Positions 15,224 through 27,815 of a DNA stretch of 64,000 nucleotides are shown piece by piece. The first letter of the stretch is position 1; every line of letters begins with the position of its first letter. Below the pieces are notes generated by a model. It made no database searches. It saw only the letters and a list, made by a program, of their open reading frames with translations, and was not told the DNA's origin. Position numbers and translations under genes: made by a program. The stretch is from the human T2T-CHM13v2.0 reference genome, Homo sapiens: NCBI RefSeq assembly GCF_009914755.1, contig NC_060929.1; one strand, 5' to 3'.

Positions 15224-15388
15224 TTAAGCTCCCTTTACCAAAATGCAGTGACATAGCAGGTGGGGGGACACAGTAGGAACCTTTTGTGGTGGAAAGCATT
15301 TTGTCACTGACATTGCTCTTGCCTTTGCATGATGATAATGAAAAGCAGACCACTTTTAGTTTTCTTATTGTTTGGAAATTCTCTACAG

Positions 15389-15731
15389 CAGCAGTCCCCT
15401 TTTTGGTACCTCAGACCGGTTTTATGGAAGACAATTTTTCCACAGACTGGGGGATGGGGATGGTTTCAGGATAAAACTGTTGTTCCACATCAGCTTATCA
15501 AGCATTAGGTTATCATAAGGAACGGGCAACCTAGATCCCTCATATGCACAGTTTACAATGGGTTCAGTCGGGCTTCTATCAGAATCTAATGCTGCTGATG
15601 ATTTGAGAGAAGGCCAAGCTTAGATGGTAATGCTCGTTTGCTCGCCTGCTGCTCACCTCCTGCTGTGCAGCCTGGTTCCTAACAGGCCATGGACCGGTAC
15701 TGGTCCACAGCCCAGGGGTTAGGGACCCCTG
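15389..15731 (+). mobile_element. MER1B-like hAT DNA transposon
   Basis: Termini cagcagtcccc / ggacccctg; 8-bp TSD ctctacag / ttctacag. Confidence 0.85.
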
Positions 15732-16004
15732 TTCTACAGGAAATGCACCCCTCTATTGTCCATACCTCTCCAGCCTCTCGCCATCCCCATTCCCTTCACA
15801 ATCCTCTGCTAAATACTACTTAGGAATGAGGAGGAAGGAAGTTCTGGGGTAACACCTGTCAGAATCTAATGCTACTGTAAGTCACTGAGACAGAGAGACT
15901 GTGGAATCAACATGAACATAAGAAGGAATGCAATTTTGAAGGGAATGACACAGGAGATGCACCGCAGTTTCTTTTTTTAATCAACAAATAACTTCAGTGA
16001 TAAG

Positions 16005-16275
16005 AATAACTTCTGAGATGCTAATGTACAGCATATAGTATTAACTATAGTTAATACTATACTGTATAATTGAAATTTGCTAGAAAAGTAGATCTTAAGA
16101 GTTCTCACTACAAAAAAAGGTAACTCTGAGGTGATGGATGTGATAATTAATGATTGTGGTAATCATTTCACAATGTATATGTATATCAAATCATCACATT
16201 ACACGTCTTAAATATAAACAATTTTTATTGGTTAAGTATATCTCAGTGAAGCTGGGGAGAAATAAAAATAAAATT
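16005..16275 (+). mobile_element. L1M 3' end containing a 28-bp perfect palindrome
   Basis: tgaaatttgctagaaaagtagatcttaagagttctcac L1M 3'UTR signature followed by A-rich tail. Confidence 0.8.
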
Positions 16276-18102
16276 AGAAAACACATATAGAAAAAAAGGA
16301 CCCACCTAATTCCTTAATTTCATTTGGCCTGAACTCTCGACTTTTCATCTCTCTCCCCTTTTCTTTCTTTTTCTGACTCATCTGTACTCTCTTGCCCCAT
16401 AAGCTTCTATTAAAACCACAGGATTTTCATAAAATCAGGGAATAACATGGTAATACTGGCCAATGTATCTAAGGTTAACTTCCAAGAGGTCCCCTTGGAA
16501 GGACATCTCCCAAGACTTACATCTCATAATGAGGTTCAGAGCTGGAAAAGATTTTCAAGGTCATCTACTCCCCATAGAACTAATAAAATCACCTGACTCA
16601 TATCTAAGCTGCTCCCATCTTGTGATCTATTTCCTCTCTATTCAGGAGCTTCAGGGGCCTGGGAATAGCTTCTGGTCTCAACCAGGAAGGTGCTCACATA
16701 CCACTGTGCCAAAGATAAGTCACCTGTTTTGAGAACACCCCATGCATGGCCTCAGTATAATAGGGCAGACAAAAAGAAAGAGAAGCAAAACTGTTATTCC
16801 AAAATTGGAATAGGAAATAGCTCCCAGAAACAAAAGGACCACAGGCAGTCTGAATATCCCTAGCTGTGCAACACAGTTATATCCTCAGATTCTCAAGTCT
16901 TTCCCGAAAGCTAACTTTTCCATCAATATCCCCCTCCATTAAAACTTGAGTATGGAGAAAGAGTAAGCTTATTTATAAATATATAAATACTTCATCTTGA
17001 TATAAATATATATCTCTCGAGGGAGTTTTATTCCAAATGATAGAAATATTTTTGTATCTTTTAAAGTACACAAAATTGAAAAGTTTTGAAAATACTTCCT
17101 GGTATGGTTAGCAGGGGCTTTTAAACAGCATGTAAGACGTAGTGGATTAAATTAGATAATGCATACAAAGTCCTTACTCTAACTTGCCTGGCACAGAGAA
17201 AGGGCTTTATAAACGTCACCTTTTATTATTGCCATTTTTGTTATTCCTCTCTCCAAAGCTACTTATAAAAGAGATAATGCCATTGCCCCTCTAGGGACAA
17301 ATGCCACAGGACCAAGCAATTGGCTTATATGGTGGGGTTGTATGGCCAGCCTGTGTGAGCTCTAGGTTTTAAGACAGGCATAACACAACTAAACCTTATT
17401 CTAGACACAATGTCTATAACCTGCAAATTCAGATCCTCATCAGTCCTGTGGGAAGTCAAGGAGGAGGAATTTGTAGGACAAAAAGGAAGAAAAACATTAA
17501 AAATTCCAGTTCTTTGTTTTTTAGAGGCTAAATAACACTGACTTCCAAAAGACAACCTGCACTGGCTGATAATACATAGAAGGCATATTTACCATGTTAT
17601 AGGAAACTGAGATCAATGGGAAGAGCTTTGGATCTCCCTATATTATTTGTGAAGCATAGTTTTATTAAAGAGCCTAGAAAACAACTCTCTTGAAAAATCA
17701 TTATCAAGGCCTCTGCTAATACATTACTGCATCTTAAAAATTACATTCTTTTGAAGCAAGGTTAATTTTCAGCATTTTTAAACATCCAATATCTAAACAA
17801 AAATAAGTATCCTAAAATTGAATCCATGATTTTCACATAGAATGTCCAAGTTTGGTCAAGAAAAGTCGTAACTAAAGGCAATCAACACAAAGAGGGCTTT
17901 CTTATTTGGCTATTCCTGATTGATTTGTCTCCTCCAATTTTTCTTTATGTATATCTCAATTTTTCATATTTGGGCAATAGAGTTATCAATTTCATGGTCA
18001 CTGAGTCCTTTGGCTCACGATTTAACAGGTCATCCACACAATAGTAAATGCCTACTATATGCCTTAAACAGCGTTATAAACCAAATTTGGGTGATCTGAA
18101 CT

Positions 18103-18265
18103 AGTGGTTTGCAAACTTTAACATTCATCAGAATCACATGGAAGATTTATGAAATGCATAGTTTCTAATTCAGTAAGTGTGGTGAGGTCTGAGAATTTCA
18201 TTTCTAAAACATTTCCAGTGATGCTGACGCTGTGGGTCTGGGGACCACACTTAGACCACACTGCC
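18103..18265. mobile_element. MER5-like DNA transposon
   Basis: agtggtttgcaaacttt..catcagaatcac ... ggaccacacttagaccacactg. Confidence 0.7.
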
Positions 18266-18734
18266 CTAAGCAAAAGGAACTTACTATACAGCAAGACAGA
18301 TGAACAAATAATTACAAGGCAAAATGTGATATGCTTCTCAGAGAGACACTAGATATGTTGTGGGTTTAGGGGAAGGGCATTTCTGAGCTACAGTAGGATT
18401 TGGAGAAGAAAAATGGGCTGGAACTTGAAGGATAGGCATAATGAATGTTGATAGAAAGTTATCAGTAAGGAGATGGGGATAAAAATGGAATGGAGCAGAA
18501 TAAAATCTCATGAAAGACACACCAAGAGCAAAGACATGCAAAGAAGAGTATGAGCCATAATCAGAAAACACCCAGCAGTCCAGAATGGGTACACAAAAGT
18601 ATCCTTGAAGGGTACAGCAAGACAGAAAGCCATAATGGTTGGTTGCAAACACTACAGAGATCTGGAATGCCATGTTATCTGTACTTTAGACTGCAGCCCT
18701 GTGATTCTTCAGATGTGATACATATACCTCTAGA

Positions 18735-18950
18735 GCAGAGTTTCTCCTGCTTAGCACTATTGAGCATTGGGGCTGGTTAACTCCAGCGGATAGGGAAACT
18801 GTCCTGGTTGCTGTGGGATGTTTATCAGCATCCCTGGCCTCTACCTACTAGATGTTACTCCCCCAGGTGTGACAATCAAAAATGTCCTCAGACATTGCCA
18901 AATGTCTCTGGGGGCAAAATCAGACCCCACCCCATTGAAAACGACTAGTG
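18735..18950. mobile_element. MER20-like DNA transposon
   Basis: gtttatcagcatccctggcctctacctactagatg ... gtgacaatcaaaaatgtcctcagacattgccaaatgtc. Confidence 0.8.
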
Positions 18951-19836
18951 CAGAGAGGACATGGCAGGGGGCCAGGGATATTAAACATGGTTATTCTTTC
19001 TAAAGCAACTTTAATCAAAAGTTAAGTCATTTAAAATACTGTATATTAAAATAAGAAAACATTAAGAAATGAAGAATGCAAAATGCACAATACAGAAGCA
19101 AAAATATGAGACTTAGAAATTTCACAACTGCATTGGGTTACTCTAGGTTAGAGCCCAGATCTTGATGGGACCTCTGGAACATTCCTAGCACTGCTGTCTG
19201 CACCTCTGTGCAAGTCAGGTCATCAGCAGATATAACTCAGTGTATAGAGAAAAAGGCCAGGGGTCACAAGCAGGAGACTGGGTATGAACTCAGTCCCTAG
19301 CAATGTTATCTTGAACCCATCACTTCAATTTTCTGGACCTCAGTTTCCCAATTTGTATAACAAGGTTTCATTTGAGGTTCCAATGGTATAATACATGTGA
19401 AAAAGTATGCTCTAAGCCATGTAAAACTATACAACTGGTAGTTCATTTTTACATAACCTTATGAGACTTTTTTAAAAGAGATCCTTGGAAATAGTTATAT
19501 TATTATTTTGAATTTTTATCATACCAATTATATCCAGAAACATAACTCTTTGTATTCAAAGAGATTTCCATAAAATGCTTTCAAACTAACACAAATAATG
19601 GGTTGATCTTGCAGATAACTTTGGGAATTGAGGAAACCACCAATTTATATTCTAGGCTCTCCAGCTTAAAGTATTTCCTAATTTAAAATCAAAAGTGTCA
19701 AAGTATCAAAAATCCCAAAAAGGACTTTGAAAAACTTATAATATTATTAAACTGACTTGGAGCTTGGCTTCCCATAAGCAATGAATTCTTGCTTTGTAAA
19801 GTAGTTTGTAAATGTGGCACTTCAAGTGTTGAAGTT

Positions 19837-19870
19837 GAAATATAAAATTGGTGGAAATATAAAATTGGTG
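19837..19870. repeat. Perfect 17-bp tandem duplication
   Basis: gaaatataaaattggtg x2. Confidence 0.9.
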
Positions 19871-20399
19871 GCTTCATTTGGACTGAGCTACTTCTAAGCT
19901 CTATGGAATCAGAAACACCTACTGTCCAACCACATTGAAAAAGTTAACAACTTTTCCAAAGAAAGTGGGTTTTATAAACTGAAGCCTGAAATTTGGAACA
20001 TGCAGTTATTCATTTTGCAAATAACTCACTAACATCATAAATTAATTAAACCAAGCAGCAAATATTTTCACAGATCAATGAGCTATTGCTAAAGGGTACA
20101 GTACAATTAAATTACAGCCTTGGTTAAATGTCATTGCTTTATCACAGTAGGCCTTTCAGAGTTGAGTCGTGTTATCTAATTCAACTATTCAACCAGAAGC
20201 TGTTTCACTCCAAAAATTCTAAGTATCAAACATCAATTTTACTTGGCAGCTGGCCTTTATGTTCAGCTCATATTACCTGTCTTCTGAAATTTACACATAC
20301 TATTTTTGAATGCAAAGTAAGAATAATAAAGAATAATAGTTTTGCGGGGGCAGAATGAATAAAAGGATACAGAAAATCATGCTAGAACCTAAAAATTAG

Positions 20400-21180
20400 C
20401 TTCTTATGGGCAGCTGCACTCCAGGGATGACATATGGCTCCAAAGTGGTGGCAGTGTTGCCTCAAGCATAGGCAGTGAAGATGGCCAAAAGACCTGACCT
20501 GTTCTTCCTCCTCTAGGCTGTTAATATATGAGGCTACATCTCAGTCAAAGAAAAGGCTAGTAATAAAAGGTAAAGCATATGCCTGTAAGAACAAAGGAGA
20601 AGACAAGGCTCTAGTCCCCAGTTCAACAAAACTATATTTATTACATTACTAGATCATACTTACCAGCAGAGTACCTCCTTAAGCACCTCTCCTGCTCCAA
20701 TGAGAACTAGAAAATAGGAAGCATCACCACCAACAAAAACCCCAGTGTACCAGATCTTTTCTTTTTGCTGCTATGGATTCACTCCCACCCTTCTCTATCC
20801 TGAGAAGGCTGACCTACTTTGACTTGAGATTCGCCAGTGGGAAGCACAGGCAGGCAACCCAGCAGAGGACACTCTCCACCCAACCAGGTTGCTGTGATTT
20901 GACTGAGTTCCTCTACCAAAGGCCACAGTTCCTACTAAGTGGCCAGTTCCTCTACCAAAGGCCACAGTTCCATTAAGTGGCCTTTGGTAGAGGAACTCAG
21001 TGAAATCACAGCAACCTGTCCCATAAAGCCCAGAGGTGATAACTCCCTGTGGAATTTCACCATCCTTTCTTGGTCTCTTTTAATCCTGTCCATGCCCTTG
21101 TAAATTGTCCCTTCCTCTAACTCTCAATTACCCCATATAAGAGTGCTCTCTGTTCACAGGCAGGACCCTGACTGATTGAT
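20400..21180. mobile_element. Probable ERVL-class LTR relic (LTR33/41-like) hosting the inverted repeat
   Basis: Terminus ggaccctgactgat resembles ERVL LTR ends; GC-richer block. By eye. Confidence 0.4.
20885..21018. repeat. 42-bp inverted repeat (41/42 match) with internal ~39-bp tandem duplication
   Basis: Arm 20885-20926 caggttgctgtgatttgactgagttcctctaccaaaggccac is the reverse complement of 20977-21018 with one mismatch. Confidence 0.95.
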
Positions 21181-21398
21181 CCATCAAAGCTCTTCCATTA
21201 AATGTGCCTTCATCTGCATTTCCTCCTTTATCTTGGTCATTCCTGAATGAGGGGAGACCTCAAAAAAGCTTATCTCTCCTCCTCAACAATGAATACCATG
21301 GAGTGCTCTCCAGGAAAAGACAAAGAATTGAGTCCAAACTCTTATTATGTAGCACAAAATTAATAGCAAAGGGAAGGGCTAGAAATAAGTGAGCTTAC

Positions 21399-21447
21399 CT
21401 GCATTGATGAGATCTGCATCAGCTTCATGTTGTCGTGGATATGGACC
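21399..21447 (-). CDS. OXCT1: OXCT1 exon 11 (49 nt): GPYPRQHEADADLINA(G)
   Basis: Acceptor TATTTGACAG|GGT, donor CAG|GTAAGC; frame consistent with neighbours. Confidence 0.97.
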
Positions 21448-21789
21448 CTGTCAAATACAACATACATTCAATTAGTAAATGAAGATTCTCACTGAATCAC
21501 ATATTAGAACTATAATATAAATAACTTCCCTAAAAACCCTATAAATTTATCATCCGAAGACTTGAGGTAAACTTTTGAAAAATAATTCGGTTGTGTCCAT
21601 GGCTCTGTTTCTTATGTTAGTCTTTTCTATACTAAAGTTGTGATTGGGCAAATGAAAAATATTTTCTAAAAATTACCAGTTTGAAAGAAATGCTATACTA
21701 TTAGAAATACAAGTCCATAAAACAAAAAGTAATTATTTAGTCCCTACTATGAAAATGTATTAGAAATATAGGTCGGTAAAACTAATGTA

Positions 21790-21920
21790 GGCCAGGGCAG
21801 TGGCTCATGCCTGTAATCTCAGCATTTTGGGAGGCTGAAGCAGGAGGATCACTTGAGGCCAGTTCAAAACCAGGCTGGCCAACATAGTGACACCCCATTC
21901 TCTTAAAAATATAAAAATCA
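21790..21920 (+). mobile_element. Alu left monomer (FLAM/AluJ-like)
   Basis: ggccagggcagtggctcatgcctgtaatc ... A-rich tail; single arm. Confidence 0.85.
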
Positions 21921-23261
21921 AAGAGGAAAAATTTAGTACCTACTATGCAGCCAATGTTATTCAAAAACTTTTCTGTGAGGATTAATGAATACAAACTACA
22001 TCACATTATTTGGCTAGAAGGACCTGGAGAGGCAAAGTTTTAGCTTTCTGATTTGTAAAATGTAGGCCTGAATTTGGGTTTCTAATCTTACTCCTCACTA
22101 CATCTAAGTTTTGATATACTTATGTCCTTATGTTCCTTTTGCACAGCTACTCTCAGTAAAGTTTTTAAATTTTTCCATATATTTTTATAATGTAACTCTA
22201 TTTAAATAGGCCAAGTAGTTTAAGAATATCACATATATTCGATGAAAAGAGAGGAAACTATAAAAAAATAAAAGGCATACTATATAAGATGGAGCCAAAA
22301 ATGAAGAAATATTGGCTGTGAAATTTTTACATACTTTCTAGAGAGGGACCAAAAATTTATCCTTTAAACTGAAGTGGCAACTAATGTTCAGAGCTATGTA
22401 AATTTTCCTTTAAACACTGGCCATGGATAATCCACAAATTTATTTCCCTTTTCTTCAAAACCAGGAATTTGATCACTCTAGATAATCTCTAAGGCACCTT
22501 AAAAATGCAAGTCTTTAACTTCCACATGAATCTGCTTTTATCCAAATATATATCATTTTTGTGTCTTTGAAAATGTCATGATTATTGCCTCAATCAGTAT
22601 CAACTATACGCTCAGGATCATTATTTATTTTGAATTGTGAATACATTTTCCATATGCATAATTTCTATTGCATTAACAGTTATTATCTACTGAGAAATAA
22701 AAGATTATGAATAGGCAAACCAAATCCCTGCCATTGTTAATTAAATTAAAATGTCATACAGGAAGTAAAAAAATATGATTTTATTATACTAATGAAAAAA
22801 TATGGCCTAACTAAGAAAACTGAGCTCATCTGGATGCTTAATCTTAAGGAAGAAAAAAATTTAACCTTTTGGACAGTAGAGCTTCAAAAGGAGAATGAGA
22901 TGAGAACTTCTACAGCTTTTTGAGGCAATCAACTCAAACAATGTCCCTGTCCTAAAGTAGAAACCTTACTCTTCAGTTTCTCACTCTGAGGCTTACTTAA
23001 TTTTATTTAACATAGAACTATTGACAACCTTCATTATCTTGTCCAACAACAGAAGGATGAGAAATAGTTTACACAGGAAATCATGAGGTCTCTCTGAATC
23101 AGGTTCCACATGGGAGACGCAGTCAGAAAGCCAGAGTCAGGAACGTACCATCTACTACATAAAATACAATACTACATTGCTTACATTTTAAGGGAAAAAT
23201 TAAATATTTTATCATGATAAAAAGAAAAATAAGCTTGGGCACTTTATGCAACAACTCAGAT

Positions 23262-23382
23262 TTCACTATGTGGGACGGATCCACTAAAATCTCAGGTTTC
23301 AGCATTATACAATTTATCCATGTAACCAAAAATCACTTGCACCCTAAAAGCTATTGAAATAAAAAAATTTAATAAAAAATTT
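23262..23382 (+). mobile_element. Short L1 3' end ~65 nt from the exon 10 donor
   Basis: atccatgtaaccaaaaatcacttgcaccctaaaagctattgaaataaaaaaa. Confidence 0.75.
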
Positions 23383-23439
23383 CACAACATGAAATATCTC
23401 ATTCTTCATTAAGACTGGATTTTAGAAAACAAATTTTCA

Positions 23440-23556
<117 letters not shown>

Positions 23557-25863
23557 TTAAGGTCCAGCATATAAAAGGTAGAGAAGTTATACCATAAATC
23601 TTCTACATATACAGATCTGAACAGAAGCTTTATTTAAAGGTGGCTTACTCTGAATGTAATAAATGAATATATTCTCCAATCACCCATGGCGCATTATTTT
23701 GTAATTTTTCAAAAAAAAAGTCTCTAATTAGTCAGCTTTTTCAGTAACATTAATATCAAAGTAGTGGCCTCAGAAGCTAGCCATTTGTCACATTTTAACA
23801 AAAATGTAAGCACATTTTCATTAATGTGCTCTGCAAATTTGGGTTTATGTATTATAACTGATTTATTAAACACAGCTTGACTTTTAAAGAATGATTTTCA
23901 CTATTCAAAACTCCTGCCAAAAGTAAAGATCGTTTTTCATCGTCTTTATTGATAAATGGAGTTACCGTTTTTAAATTTTAAAAAAGTTTTCTGACAATAC
24001 CAAAATTTCTGCCTAAAAGTATATCAGATCCTTTGGGTCTCTATAGTAACATTCATTGGTAACTGAATTTTCTATGTGACATAAAAAGAAAAGTGGGGAG
24101 GAAATTAAATTTCAGCAAATACAATTGAGCTCATCGATAAAGGAGCTGTTGTTAAGGCATCAAAGAGTTAAATGAGGTTGTTGAATTGTCTTCCTTAAAT
24201 GATCAAAACAGGAGTGATGATGATTACTACTCAATGGTGTGGGTTCAATCCTGCCTATCAACATAGGCAGGCTGATCAGATCAAAGATACTCACACTGCC
24301 TGGAACTACTGCCCACTACTGTCCACTACCACTGCACAACAAATACCTCACCAGAACTAGTACAAAGAATGATGGCACTCTGATGAGATTCTAACAGTGA
24401 AATCTTCACAAATCAAGGCCAGAGGAGGTTTATATATGGTGCCATATTATAAACTACAAAAGCCAGCAGTACAACTCAATGACCCAGGTCACTTCTTGTG
24501 GATAGAGTAAATCTATGAAGCTATGATTATAGCTACTGGGTTTACCTCTAGTGTTCTATCACAGTCTAGTATAGTGTTATTTGTAATTTATTTCTCAATA
24601 ATGCACAGAACACATTAGGATACTAATTCCATTATGAGCAGGTGTTTTTAGGACAGAGCAACCCAAATTACAAGTCTGGTACCTCAACTCTTTCATCATA
24701 TTATAGCATTCTCTCAGTTCTTTAATATTTTAAAGTCAAACACCAGGGAGGAAAAAAGTCTATGTATTTTGGGTTGAAAAAAAGTAGGAGATATGGAAAG
24801 ACCACTTGCATAAACTGACTTGCAAATATTTTTCACAGGCAATACAATAACTGAATAAAGAACACCTAAAATCAGTATTATAGTCAGTGTTTAAATATCA
24901 ATGGTAAGTCAGGATAAGACGGGTTGAGAAGTCCAGTGACCAACTTTTACCTACTAACTCAACTTGGTTGACACCACACCTTGCTGATACAAGAACTGGA
25001 AGAGCAGCAACATGCTATTCTTTTCCCCTATGTGAGTTTGCACCATAACACAAGGTATAAACTGAAAAATGAACAAAAATGAGGTAGAGGTAAAAAGAAA
25101 GGGAAAAAAGAAAAGTTCTCCCAGTCAAGATCACAGTCTGGAAGACTGACATTCATGGACCAGGGAAGCTCACAGAATGGAGACATTTGTCATGTCTCTC
25201 ATTCTTTCTGTCCTAGGTCTTTTAAGTATGGCTTCACTGTATCCACCATTCAACAAACATTCATTTTATCATATGCGATCTGTATTTGTATGTGTTATTT
25301 GTATTATATAATTCAATGTCTACTGTAGTGAAAACTAGCAAAATGGTGAACAGATTTGTTATTTAAATGCATTCAAAATCCAAATATTAATTGCATTAAT
25401 TATGTCTACTCTACCTCTTTTTTTGACAAAGTATCTAAAGCAGAATTTGAATCATTTGTTGAATACCCTCATAAAATATTAGATATAACAGGGTAATCAC
25501 AGGATCTTTGTCAAGAGAATAAAAGGGTTGTTAAGAAGTTGGATCTTTCAATGAGTATGCAAATGTCAGGATAGACAGAAAGTAAATAGCACTGGTTATC
25601 ACTAGGAATTCTGAGATTTGAAAACACTCATCTTGGGTAATCTCTTTTCCCAATAATCTCCCATTAAATGCAAGTTGTACTGAAATCTAATGGGTATTAG
25701 AAAATAGCTAAGCAAATTATTGATTGCCATTTTGTTTCAAGAAGGCAAAGAGATATCTGTCATGTATCTTGACACCTTTGGATTATATGCCACATTTTGT
25801 AAAAAAAAAAAAAAAATTGATTAATTACCTTAAAAGTTACCATAGACTAGAGATGACTCACTA

Positions 25864-26109
<246 letters not shown>

Positions 26110-26795
26110 TTATCACTGCTGAAATAAATTTTACTGGAAAAAAAGATGAGCTCTCTCCCATTGTTATGAGACAAATCTGCAATATACCAGATATTTAAAA
26201 AATACTATGGGTGATATTTGATGGTAGAAATAATTCTTTAGGAACTAAATGAAAGTGGTCAGATTTGTTTAAAGAGGAAGATACGCTGTTCAGTCTGTTT
26301 GAAGCAAATAATCTGTTACTATCACACTGTCTGCTCCTTCTGTTATTCTTCCAACTAAATTCTCCTCTGGTGCTCAGGGATTGGCCAGAAGAATGAAAGA
26401 GGAACAGACTTTGGGAATGTGTTTTTCAGGGCTGTCAGAATGTGTTTACCAGGTGTTGCTGCTGCCAATTGCCTGTTTCCACCTGCAAAGTCCAGACTAT
26501 TTTTACCACAAATGCACCACAGGAATCATAGAAATACCCAGAAACCAGCCAGGAAACTATTTCCTCTATTAAGTCTCTTTGACACAAACTCTGGCTCGTG
26601 TTTGCAAAAGTCTCATCCTTTCTTCCTGGGCCCCTGACACTGGTTTTGTATTATAAAATGTCTTCCTGTTTGATATCTACAAGGTAGTGGGTATCTCTAG
26701 CACCCTACTGTATGTCTATTCTGTTGCTGATCCCTAGACACTTCTAAATCATGACAGTAATTCTGGTAGGGTGGCCATTGTCTACTCTCACTGGC

Positions 26796-27192
26796 TGATG
26801 ATTTAGATATGTGTCCCCTCCAAATCTCAGGTTGAAATGTACTTTCCAATGTTGGAGATGCGGCCTAGTGGGAAGTGTTGGATCATGGATGCAGATCCCT
26901 TATGAATTGGCTTAGTGCCATCCCTTGGAAATGCAGGAGTTCTCCCTCTGTTCGTTTACACACGAGCTGGTTGTCTAAAGGAGCCTGGCACCTTCTCTCT
27001 CTCTCGCCTTGTGACATGCCTGCTTCCCCTTTTCCTTCTGCTCTGAGTAAAAGCTTCCTGAGGTCCTGACCAGAAGCAGATGCTGGTGCCATGCTTCACG
27101 TATAGCCCACAGAAGTGTGAGCCAAACAAACTTCTTTATAAATTACCCAGTCTCAGGTATTCTTTTACAGCAATGCAAAAGGGACTAACACA
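26796..27192 (+). mobile_element. MST-family (MaLR) solo LTR
   Basis: TG...CA termini, 5-bp TSD ctggc at 26791-26795 and 27193-27197; typical end ataaattacccagtctcaggtatt...ggactaacaca. Confidence 0.9.
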
Positions 27193-27632
27193 CTGGCCTT
27201 AGAATACCTTCAATGCTCCTGGTACCTACACTCCTTGCCACAATCTCATACTCACCAGCTACCCACAGCCTGAAGCTAATTAGAATGACATTCTACACTC
27301 TAGAAAAGTGCAAAGCACCTTCAAGACAGACAATTCTGAACAATCAAACATTAAGATAAGACTACAGCAGGGATAAAACCACCAAAGACATGATTATTCT
27401 TATCTCCCCTCTAAGACAGCCAGAAAAACTACAGATCATAAATTAGGACAGTAGAAGCCTAGTAGACACAGCCTAGAGAATCTCATGGCATGGTGATACA
27501 TATCTTGTGATGACAAGGCACTGTCAGCCTGCACAGAGGCATAGACCATCATATCCCCATGATGATAGACACATGAGAAGCTCTTACTAAGATCCAAGAC
27601 CAGACTTTCTGCTCAGCTCTAGTTCCCCATCA

Positions 27633-27815
<183 letters not shown>

